Shown piece after piece: positions 15,259-23,296 of a DNA stretch of 64,000 nucleotides. The position numbers were made by a program, and so were the translations under genes. The stretch is taken from positions 3,642 to 67,641 of the forward strand of contig JACQHB010000006.1 in the NCBI GenBank assembly GCA_016199215.1. The letters run 5' to 3'. Under the pieces are notes generated by a model. That model searched no databases, was not told where the DNA came from, and saw nothing but the letters and a program-made list of their open reading frames with translations. How positions within the stretch are numbered: position 1 is the stretch's first letter; every line of letters begins with the position of its first letter. The DNA is from Candidatus Doudnabacteria bacterium. Lineage in GTDB: Bacteria > Patescibacteriota > Doudnabacteria > UBA920 > O2-02-FULL-48-8.

Positions 15259-15705
15259 CTACTTCTTGAACACAAAAAGCTTATAACCTATAAAGTTCCA
15301 AATCAAGCTTGCGCCAGTTGCCGCGATTTTGGCAACGTTAACCCAGAGGGTTTGCGACAGCCCGAACATCGGGTCTATATTTGTTGATCCTATCCTGACA
15401 ATGGCCGTGTTAATTAGCGCTCCAATGACGCTGATGACAAGAAAACTGGTAAACTTCTTTGCCGTATCCCCGCTGGCCTGATCCTTAAACGCCCAGCGCT
15501 TATTCAAGACATAACTGTTGATTACGGCAACGGTAAACGAAACAACGTTCAACGGAATCAAGCCGTTCCCTTCCCGAATCCCGGTAAGCGCCATCAGCAG
15601 GTTTAAGATCAAAAAATCAATGCCGGTATTGATGCCGCCAATAATAGCGAAGCGCAAAAATTGAGCGATAAGCAAGCTAACTTTAGGTTTTATATCTGCT
15701 TCCAC
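15259..15705 (-). CDS. GtrA-family membrane protein
   Basis: 148 aa, 4 TM. FLRFAIIGGINTGIDFLILNLL is typical of GtrA. GTG start. Confidence 0.8.
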   Translation of the reverse strand: MEADIKPKVSLLIAQFLRFAIIGGINTGIDFLILNLLMALTGIREGNGLIPLNVVSFTVAVINSYVLNKRWAFKDQASGDTAKKFTSFLVISVIGALINTAIVRIGSTNIDPMFGLSQTLWVNVAKIAATGASLIWNFIGYKLFVFKK

Positions 15706-15778
15706 TGGTATTATCGCTTTCTACGAACTTACGAATATTTTACGAAATTACGAACAGTACCAACCCTAATTTCGTAGA
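15706..15778 (-). repeat. cluster of TACGAA/TTCGTA hexamers upstream of the gtrA-like gene
   Basis: The plus strand reads cTACGAActTACGAAtattTTACGAAatTACGAAcag...taatTTCGTAgat. That is four direct copies and one inverted copy within 73 bp. Confidence 0.6.
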
Positions 15779-16372
15779 TTATAGCTCTTCCAATTCTGTC
15801 TCGTCGCTTGATCTTTTAACCACGCCGCCTTCCTCAGACGCGCCCTTCTTGATCACGTTTTCAACCGCGGCCCACGTGGCGTCGGTGTCTTTTGGCAAAA
15901 CCAGCGTGACTTCGTCTCCTGATTCCGCTTTAAAATAAGTCAGGCTTGCCAACAAAACTTTGTAAGTTTTACCCTCGCCAACAACCCTATATTCGCCTTT
16001 TTGATCCTGGGTAAGCACTCCCAAAACCTTTTTCCTCTCGACCGGGCCGATTTGCTTGTAAATAAACGAGCCGTCCTCGGCTATTGTCAGCTTGAGCACG
16101 TCGCCTTCCACGAGTTTGCTCTTGGAAGCGTAGTTGGCCGGAACCGGGTATTGCTTGCCGTCCGGGCCGATCATGTTTTGGCCGTCAAACACGCCTTCTA
16201 TAATTTTTCCGCCTTCGGAAACAGTGAGGACCTGGGCTTTCCTGGCCGCGTCAGCGGACGGAGAAGGCGCCCCTCCCAGCATCTCGCGAAGCAGTTGTTT
16301 GGCTGATTGGATATTTTTTTCAGCGGACTCGATCATTTGGGCGATTACCGCCAGGTTTGTGAGGTTGTCCAT
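15779..16372 (-). CDS. hypothetical protein (197 aa)
   Basis: Intact ORF with an N-terminal helical segment and a beta-rich C-terminal part. No named motif. Confidence 0.5.
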   Translation of the reverse strand: MDNLTNLAVIAQMIESAEKNIQSAKQLLREMLGGAPSPSADAARKAQVLTVSEGGKIIEGVFDGQNMIGPDGKQYPVPANYASKSKLVEGDVLKLTIAEDGSFIYKQIGPVERKKVLGVLTQDQKGEYRVVGEGKTYKVLLASLTYFKAESGDEVTLVLPKDTDATWAAVENVIKKGASEEGGVVKRSSDETELEEL

Positions 16373-16508
16373 ATTGGTTTATATTTTGCTAACTAATATT
16401 AGCAATTATCCACAAGGGATCAATCGGTAAATTAACTAATTTGATATTTGTTTCTTGCTGTTTTTAACTTAAAACTATAATAGCAGAAGAATGGAAAATT
16501 TGCAATTG

Positions 16509-16709
16509 CTAATTTTTGTCATCGTCGGAAATCAAATTTTTGACCCAGGCAACAAAAACCTGCAACCCGTGCAGGAAGCTGCCGTCTGAGGGCTCTTCCA
16601 AAAGTTCAGCCCCTCGGATCAAGTCATCCTCAACTTCGGATTTTGACTCTAAAGATCGCCCGGCCTGCGCCTCACCTTTTTCCAGTTCTAAACTTTCATT
16701 GGGATTCAT
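16509..16709 (-). CDS. small acidic hypothetical protein (66 aa)
   Basis: ORF whose ATG lies inside the left inverted repeat of the 16708-16813 element. Coding status is uncertain. Confidence 0.3.
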   Translation of the reverse strand: MNPNESLELEKGEAQAGRSLESKSEVEDDLIRGAELLEEPSDGSFLHGLQVFVAWVKNLISDDDKN

Positions 16710-16813
16710 CCCGTTAGAAATTGCACTTAGTTAATTTTTTCCGCATATTTATAATCATCGCTTTAAAGTATAATATATTCACTAAATCCGCTACTCAATA
16801 TTTCTAACGGGAT
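16708..16813. repeat. 106-bp element bounded by 14-bp perfect inverted repeats ATCCCGTTAGAAAT / ATTTCTAACGGGAT
   Basis: IRs at 16708-16721 and 16800-16813. The left end CATCCCGTTAGAAATTGCAC is identical to the left end of the 38500-38606 element. Confidence 0.75.
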
Positions 16814-16816
16814 TCA

Positions 16817-17239
16817 TTATTTTTTCTCCTTTAAGAATTGGCTAAACTTGGGAAACAGCTGGCAAAGCCTTGATGTGTCAGCGCTTTCTTTAACAGCTTC
16901 CGAAAGCAGGCCAACCGCTTGCGGCATGTCGTTGACAAGATTCAAAATCACAAAATCCCTCACAGCCTGCTCCATAGAGGAGCGCTTGGTTTCCTCCACG
17001 TAAAAGAAAGTCCTCTTTTCCAATCCTAATAGTTCTTCAAAATCTTTGGACAGTTCCGAGACAAGGCGCAGGAAATCCTCTTCAGACTCGACCAGGTTGA
17101 TGTTGTCCAAAACTTTCTGGCCAATCTCACAGGCGCGCCGCAGACTGATCTTATGCACCCTTAGCTGTTCGGCAAGAAAAAAGCAGACTAATTTAGCATA
17201 CTCTTCTTTTTTGTCCTTGGTTGGGTCTAAATTAGCCAT
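16817..17239 (-). CDS. hypothetical protein (140 aa)
   Basis: Intact, helical-looking ORF with no named motif. Confidence 0.5.
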   Translation of the reverse strand: MANLDPTKDKKEEYAKLVCFFLAEQLRVHKISLRRACEIGQKVLDNINLVESEEDFLRLVSELSKDFEELLGLEKRTFFYVEETKRSSMEQAVRDFVILNLVNDMPQAVGLLSEAVKESADTSRLCQLFPKFSQFLKEKK

Positions 17240-17366
17240 AAAGATAGTTCAAAAGGCAAAAATCAAAAGTCAAAAGTATAAGTTAAAAGTAAAAAGTCTA
17301 ATGCGGCGGTTCGCTTTTGAATTTTGCCTTAAAATTTTGCATTTTGCCTTTTAACTTTTGACTTGG

Positions 17367-19910
17367 CTAAAAAGTTCTTTCAGTACTAATTGGCCCAGTA
17401 ACAGCCGGCGCTCCGAGTCTGGTGCGATCCAAAATCTCCCGCTCAACATCTTTTTTCGGCCTGCCAAATTTGAGCCTGGACAAATTGCGCACGATCCCTG
17501 CCAGTTCCAAACTGCCCCCGGGAGGCTTGGGATAAGTCTGCATATTAAACGGCCTCGAGGCTGTTCCTTTCACCATAAGCTTCACATAAGCGTTGTACCG
17601 CTCGATATTCACCAAATCAAATTCATTAAACACCGGAGCAAATTCTTTGGCCATGATTTCGGCATCCTCAACACCGATCCGGAAGCAGATCATACTGCCG
17701 GCATTGCCGAATACCGCGTCGCGCATCCTTGAGTCCATTGCCGAACTGCCTTCTTTTTCCACGCTTAGCTGGGACAAAAACTGGTGGGCCATGATCAGGT
17801 TTAGCCGGTACTTTCTTGCCTCGGACAAAATCGTGGCAAAACTGTCAGTGACAAAATTCTGGAACTCATCCACATACAGGTAGAAGTCGCGGCGGTTTTC
17901 TTCCGGAATGTCGGAGCGGGACAAAGCCGCCATCTGAAGTTTGGAGACTATAATCAGGCCAAGCAGCTTGGCATTGACCTCGCCGGTTTTTCCTTTTGAC
18001 AAATTGATCAGCAGGATTTTGCCCTGATCCATCACCTCCCTGAAATCAAACGAACTTGTCGGCTGGCCGATAATGTTTCTCATCATTTCGTTTTCCACAA
18101 ACCTGCCGACTTTGGAAATCAGGTACCCCAGCATTTCAGATTTGTGAAAGTCCGAAGTTTTGGCCATTTCTTTTTCCCAAAACGAGCGGACAATCGGATC
18201 TTTGACCTTGGACAGCTTGTATTTCTGAAAATCCGTGTCAGTGAACATCCTCGGGATGTCCGCGATCGTGCCGGGATACTGTTTGTCTTCCATCAGTGTA
18301 AGCATGACATTGCGCATATTATGCTCAAACATAGGCCCGATCATTTCCGGCGGAAACAGCTTGTAGAAAATCGCGATCATTTCCTGGATCGCAAAATCTT
18401 TTTGTTCCGGACCCTTGACCTGGAGCATATTTAATCCAACCGGCCGCTCGGTGTCAAACGGCTCAAACAAAATCACGTCGTCGGCCCGCTCTTTGGGAAT
18501 GTATTGCAGAACATCTTCCACAAAATCGCCGTGCGGATCCACGATGCATAACCCTTCGCCGTTGCGGATATCCTGAATCGCCATGTTTTTCATAAGTTCC
18601 GTTTTGCCAGTGCCCGTGCGCCCGATGATGTATTTGTGCCTTCTCCTGTCATCCGCCTGAATGAAAATTTTGGTCTCAACCCCTCGGTAAACGCTTCGAC
18701 CCAATAGCATGCCGGAGTCCGGCAGGGTTGGGGGCGGAGCCGCTTTTTTCGCGTGCAACCATTTAATATTCGGAGTTTCGGTAAATTTGGTCGGCGGATG
18801 CCAGATGCTTGAAAGCTCTTCGGTGTTCAAAATCGCGGAAGTGTTGCGGAAAACCCGAAAAATGTAATCAACGATAATCTTATTAGTTTTCCGTTTAATC
18901 ACGCGCAGGCCGTTGAACGGGGGCATGGAGTACTGCATAAACGACGCCATGATGCTGCGAATATTGGTGTCGGCCGCTTCCTGCGAAGTGCTTGAAGTTA
19001 CAACGCGCAAATTGAATTTGTACCCGGGCCGTGACGCTTTTTCCTCAAACCTCTTTACCATCTCCTGCTGCATGGGAGTTAAGTGTATGGGTTTATACAT
19101 CCCGGAGGGATCGTAGTGCCCCGGCTGCATTTGAGGTTTGTTTTTTTCAAAAAACAATTCGTTGAACGCCATGCCGGTCCACTTGAACAACCCGTTGAAA
19201 AATTTTTCAAGCGGTGATGCCGTTACGAGCCCGGGATTACGGCCCTGCTGGATTTCAAGCGCGTATCTTCTGGGCTTGCTTTGCCAGCCTACTTGAGCCG
19301 GACTGATCAGAAGCTGAATTGCCGCCCCTTCGCCTTGGCCAAGCTTGGAAAGGCTGTTGGTTAAGGAGTTGATCGGATCCGACTCCATATTTTTGTAAGT
19401 GCGCAAGGGAAAAACATATTTTTTTTGCAAAGTTAATTCAGCCGCGGCCACAAAAGATTCGGAAGTAAAAATATTATAAGGCTTCACCTGGTCGATCTGG
19501 GCTTTGGGATATTGCGCGTGAAGCTGTTTTTCGACCAAAGATTGCAGTCTTTTCGGCACATTCAGAAAAAAAGAAATTTTCTTGCCGACCGCGCCCATTT
19601 CCAGGCTTATATAATCATTGATCCCAAAAATGGACTTGACGTTATAATCCTGGGACGCCTGCATGATAGTGGCAAAAAACTGTTCGGCGATGCCAATCAT
19701 TTCTTTTTCCTGTTTTTGCGGATCCTTTTCCGCGTCCGCGTTTTCTTTGGGCACGGAAACTTCCAAAAAAACAGAATCCAGAATTCTGGGGCCCCAGCTC
19801 TTCTTTCTCAGATTTTCCGAAATCAGGAAATACAAAAGCAATCCTGTCAGCCCTAAAATGGCTATTAGGATCAGCCAAAAAACTACAAATGTTCCGTTTA
19901 ACAAGTCCAC
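17367..19910 (-). CDS. membrane-anchored P-loop ATPase, VirD4/TraD coupling-protein-like or HerA-like
   Basis: 847 aa with an N-terminal TM (VVFWLILIAILGLTGLLLYFLI). Walker A is IIGRTGTGKT, followed by CIVDPHGDF. Walker B-like FYLYVDEFQNF. Also ARKYRLNLIMAHQFLSQL. Confidence 0.7.
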   Translation of the reverse strand: MDLLNGTFVVFWLILIAILGLTGLLLYFLISENLRKKSWGPRILDSVFLEVSVPKENADAEKDPQKQEKEMIGIAEQFFATIMQASQDYNVKSIFGINDYISLEMGAVGKKISFFLNVPKRLQSLVEKQLHAQYPKAQIDQVKPYNIFTSESFVAAAELTLQKKYVFPLRTYKNMESDPINSLTNSLSKLGQGEGAAIQLLISPAQVGWQSKPRRYALEIQQGRNPGLVTASPLEKFFNGLFKWTGMAFNELFFEKNKPQMQPGHYDPSGMYKPIHLTPMQQEMVKRFEEKASRPGYKFNLRVVTSSTSQEAADTNIRSIMASFMQYSMPPFNGLRVIKRKTNKIIVDYIFRVFRNTSAILNTEELSSIWHPPTKFTETPNIKWLHAKKAAPPPTLPDSGMLLGRSVYRGVETKIFIQADDRRRHKYIIGRTGTGKTELMKNMAIQDIRNGEGLCIVDPHGDFVEDVLQYIPKERADDVILFEPFDTERPVGLNMLQVKGPEQKDFAIQEMIAIFYKLFPPEMIGPMFEHNMRNVMLTLMEDKQYPGTIADIPRMFTDTDFQKYKLSKVKDPIVRSFWEKEMAKTSDFHKSEMLGYLISKVGRFVENEMMRNIIGQPTSSFDFREVMDQGKILLINLSKGKTGEVNAKLLGLIIVSKLQMAALSRSDIPEENRRDFYLYVDEFQNFVTDSFATILSEARKYRLNLIMAHQFLSQLSVEKEGSSAMDSRMRDAVFGNAGSMICFRIGVEDAEIMAKEFAPVFNEFDLVNIERYNAYVKLMVKGTASRPFNMQTYPKPPGGSLELAGIVRNLSRLKFGRPKKDVEREILDRTRLGAPAVTGPISTERTF

Positions 19911-19932
19911 TTTTGTTTTAGATAATGTTTTA

Positions 19933-20053
19933 CCATTTCGAGCGCGAAGCGCGAGAAATCTCGGTGTTAACTTATTTGATTATATAAATCTTGCCATGAT
20001 GTAAACATAAAACATAGTTTAAACACCGGGATCTCTCACTTCGTTCGAGATGG
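19933..20053. repeat. imperfect ~32-36-bp inverted repeats flanking a 53-bp AT-rich spacer
   Basis: CCATTTCGAGCGCGAAGCGCGAGAAATCTCGGTGTT (19933-19968) pairs with the reverse complement of 20022-20053 (CCATCTCGAACGAAGTGAGAGATCCCGGTGTT). Confidence 0.55.
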
Positions 20054-20068
20054 AATAAATAGTGTTCT

Positions 20069-20443
20069 TTAGGCTGATTTTTTTTGTTCTTCTGTTTCGT
20101 CTCCTTCAACATTTGAACCCAAAAAGTCCACAGCATTGCTATAGTCATCACCCAATTGAGCCATTACTTCGTCCAAGCTTCGGCCCTGCTGCAAAAACAA
20201 ATTAGCCTTGTTACGAACCGCTCTGTCCGTAAGCTTTTCTGCTTCGGCTTTTTTGGCCGGTTGATTAAGCCGCTCCTTAATATCAGGAAAATTCACAACT
20301 TCACTTGGAATTTCTGGTTTAACATCGGGCGCGCGAAAACCAGGCGCTGTCTTCTCTTTTTCTGACAGCACTTCCCCGGCCTGTTCCCGGGCTTGTTCCT
20401 GCTGGGCCAATCTGGCTCTTTGTTCTTCAGTCAATTCTTGCAT
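20069..20443 (-). CDS. hypothetical acidic protein (124 aa)
   Basis: Intact ORF of low complexity (Q/E/A-rich). Confidence 0.45.
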   Translation of the reverse strand: MQELTEEQRARLAQQEQAREQAGEVLSEKEKTAPGFRAPDVKPEIPSEVVNFPDIKERLNQPAKKAEAEKLTDRAVRNKANLFLQQGRSLDEVMAQLGDDYSNAVDFLGSNVEGDETEEQKKSA

Positions 20444-20486
20444 AACGGATGATTATATATTAATTCCCGGGTCCGGTCAAGGATAA

Positions 20487-20801
20487 TTATTCTTTAAGGA
20501 TATCTTGGACTCTTCCTGCCAATTCCCGCTTAATTTTAAGCACTTCCTCACCAATCCAATCCGGGAAGCTGGGGGCGTTCCTCTGCATGAACTCCTGGAT
20601 CCTTTGTTGGTTCTGTTCTGTGAGCAGGTTTTCGAACTGTTTTCCTTGCTCTTCTGAAAGCGATTCCATCAGGCGCAGAGTCAGGCGTTTCTGCGCGAGA
20701 TCGACAATTTTCTCGACTATCAAAATTTTCTGCTCATCAGGCAAAGATTCGATCCCTAAAAGCTTAATTATATTTTCCTGCGCACCTTGCGGTAAATTCA
20801 T
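20487..20801 (-). CDS. small helical protein, DUF5663-like
   Basis: 104 aa. LPDEQKILIVEKIVDLAQKRLTLRLMESLSEEQ resembles the DUF5663 family as I recall it. Confidence 0.45.
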   Translation of the reverse strand: MNLPQGAQENIIKLLGIESLPDEQKILIVEKIVDLAQKRLTLRLMESLSEEQGKQFENLLTEQNQQRIQEFMQRNAPSFPDWIGEEVLKIKRELAGRVQDILKE

Positions 20802-20812
20802 ATTGCGATTAA

Positions 20813-23296
20813 TTAATTCTCAAATTTGCGCTTCAGCGCGATTTTTGTGATTATAGCGTGCATCTTATCCGAATTATTAAACTCAACCCCGGCCCGCAAC
20901 TGTGAAAAACTTTTCCCGAATTCGGAATATTTCTCGCCGAATGACCCAGGCGCTTTGAGTCTTCCTGAAAACTGGTCAAATGTCAGATCTTTTATTTTAT
21001 TCAGGCTTCGAGCGGACAAATGCAAGTTTTTTTCCAAAAACTCTTTATAGCCATCGCCAAGGATAACATGGAGGGCTTCAGAAGTGTTAATTTTCGCTCC
21101 AACCATTGCAAAATCCCTTGCCTTTTCTATTGTAAGCGCTTCGTGCGCGGCTTTCAGAGCTTCAGTTGATTTCGGCCCAATCGCCTCAACTGGATGTAAA
21201 TACCCCCTTATCGGACGGGTCTTTAATGGATCTTCAGTTACGTCCAAGATATCCTGAATATCTTGTTGTGGATTCTCTGGAGGAAAATCTACAGCAGAAG
21301 GCGGCTTTGTTTCTTGGACAATATCGCTGGTCTTTGAAGCGACAGTCGCGCTCTCATTTAAAGTTTCATGAGGTGGAATAAATTTGACAGGATTTATTTC
21401 CAATTGCCCGTCCGCGGCAATATGAATCTTCGCCCCCAGGATTTCGTTCAGGTCTTTTGTATTGCCTCCGACAGTAAACCCGCGCTCCTTCGCATAATCC
21501 AAAACATATTTATGAACCAGCCCTGAATCGTCGCCGCTGTAACCCGGGTATTCTGATTTTAATTTCGCAATCATCTTTGCGTATATTTGGGGGTCTGTTT
21601 CCTTTAGATCAAGGACGGCTCCCTCTATCCCACGCCTGCCAGCCGAAAGCATTGCCTCTCCCTTTGCGGTTGTTTCCAAGGTTGCCCCAGTCGCCTTCCC
21701 ATGGTGCATGATTTCCGCGTTCTTCGGAGTCTCTACAGCCTTTGGAGATACTTCTTGCCCGACAGCCGGATGATCAGCAAGCCCTGTGGTTTTTGGCGCT
21801 GCCTGCTCAAACGGCTTGTACCCTTCGGTCAAATCAGCATTCTGCTGATAAACAAGTGGTTTAAGAGGCTTGAGAGGTGCCTGTTCTGCCATAATCGGGC
21901 CAGGCATATTCGTTTCGGGGACAGAAGGTGCTGAAGGAAGCTCTTTATCGCTTAAATTGATATCCGAAGTATGCATAATCCCGCGAGGCGGCCGCATATC
22001 TTTTGGAATTGCCGTCTTATTGCCAAACAATTCCGCAAGCAGGCCAGATCCTACAATAGTGCCAACACCAATACCAACAAAATTGGCTATCCCCCTGTTA
22101 ACCCGTTCGTTATATTTGCCGTTCTTTAGTAAAGATTCCGCGCGCTGAGTTTCTTCTGCTAAATACTGGTCAACCATTTTTTGGAATTCTCCTGGTTTTT
22201 CTCTGGTTAAAACTGAAATCTCCAAGGATCTCAACATCTCATAAAGCTGCTCCAGTCTTGGATCATTAGCTCTGTATTCTAAGGGTTCATCGTGTAATTC
22301 TTCGCGGACAGCTTCTATCTGATCCCAAATGGAATTATATCTTGCTTTATCCTGCTCATTCAAACTTGAATAAACTCCTTGGCTTTGATCAACCGATAGA
22401 CTTAATTTTACGCTTTTCTTTAATTCTTTTTGTTTCCTCACTAATTCCAAATATAATTGGTCCTTTTCAAGATCAGCTCCAGAAAGTCCATCAAGGGCGG
22501 CTCTGGCATAAAAATCGCTAACCAATCTATCCACCTGTTCGGCAAATTGGGCGTTGTCCAAACGTTTCTTCAAAGTATTTCTGTCCATTTTATTCAAACC
22601 AGCAAGCAGTAGCTCTCTTGAACCAACTCCGCTGCCAATTCCTGATAATAACCTTCTCCCTACAATCGCTCCCCAGCCGATTGCTGATCCTGCGCCAAAT
22701 CCAACTGCTACCCCCAATAAACCGGCGCTTACCGCTGTCCTCACGTTTATCATTCTCAGCGCTCCCCGTTTAAAGCGGCCTTCAACTCTTACTCCGTGTT
22801 CTTCCAGCTTGCTAAGTAAATTGTAATTGCCCAGTCCCTTATACCAATCCAAGGCTCTCTTGCCAACGCTCCGGTCCCCCTTGGTCAATTCAAGCCGTGC
22901 CAAGACAAGCTTATGAGTTTCGGCATCAAGCCGACCAATATCATGCGAAACATATTCAGCCAAAGCTTTTTTATATTCATCTTCCGCCTCGGTGTGCGCT
23001 GTGGCAACAGTATCTTTTGAGGAACGCGATAAAAATTCTTTAAGCCTGCCCTTAATTCCTTGGGTAGCTTCTAAATCTTTTTTTGCTTTTATAAAATCAA
23101 TCCGCAGCTCGTCCAAAGACTTTGCCGACGCTGATGCTTCCGGCGCAATTTCTTCAATCCGCGCTTCAGCCGGCATATCAACCCTTGGAGACTCATCCGC
23201 CACCGCGGAAGGACCCTCTTCAGGAGGTTTGGCCTGTCCATCTAGACGCGCTTGCGCCGCTCTTAATTTGTCTCTTAACCGTTCGGCGTTTCCCAT
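20813..23296 (-). CDS. large uncharacterised membrane-associated protein (827 aa)
   Basis: Long intact ORF with two glycine-zipper-like hydrophobic stretches (AGLLGVAVGFGAGSAIGWGAIVG and NFVGIGVGTIVGSGLLAELFG). Confidence 0.6.
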   Translation of the reverse strand: MGNAERLRDKLRAAQARLDGQAKPPEEGPSAVADESPRVDMPAEARIEEIAPEASASAKSLDELRIDFIKAKKDLEATQGIKGRLKEFLSRSSKDTVATAHTEAEDEYKKALAEYVSHDIGRLDAETHKLVLARLELTKGDRSVGKRALDWYKGLGNYNLLSKLEEHGVRVEGRFKRGALRMINVRTAVSAGLLGVAVGFGAGSAIGWGAIVGRRLLSGIGSGVGSRELLLAGLNKMDRNTLKKRLDNAQFAEQVDRLVSDFYARAALDGLSGADLEKDQLYLELVRKQKELKKSVKLSLSVDQSQGVYSSLNEQDKARYNSIWDQIEAVREELHDEPLEYRANDPRLEQLYEMLRSLEISVLTREKPGEFQKMVDQYLAEETQRAESLLKNGKYNERVNRGIANFVGIGVGTIVGSGLLAELFGNKTAIPKDMRPPRGIMHTSDINLSDKELPSAPSVPETNMPGPIMAEQAPLKPLKPLVYQQNADLTEGYKPFEQAAPKTTGLADHPAVGQEVSPKAVETPKNAEIMHHGKATGATLETTAKGEAMLSAGRRGIEGAVLDLKETDPQIYAKMIAKLKSEYPGYSGDDSGLVHKYVLDYAKERGFTVGGNTKDLNEILGAKIHIAADGQLEINPVKFIPPHETLNESATVASKTSDIVQETKPPSAVDFPPENPQQDIQDILDVTEDPLKTRPIRGYLHPVEAIGPKSTEALKAAHEALTIEKARDFAMVGAKINTSEALHVILGDGYKEFLEKNLHLSARSLNKIKDLTFDQFSGRLKAPGSFGEKYSEFGKSFSQLRAGVEFNNSDKMHAIITKIALKRKFEN

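Noticed and set aside
16406-16414. Isolated perfect DnaA box TTATCCACA in the 16373-16508 gap.
   Set aside because: A single 9-mer is expected by chance at an appreciable rate in 128 kb of two-strand search space. There are no companion boxes.
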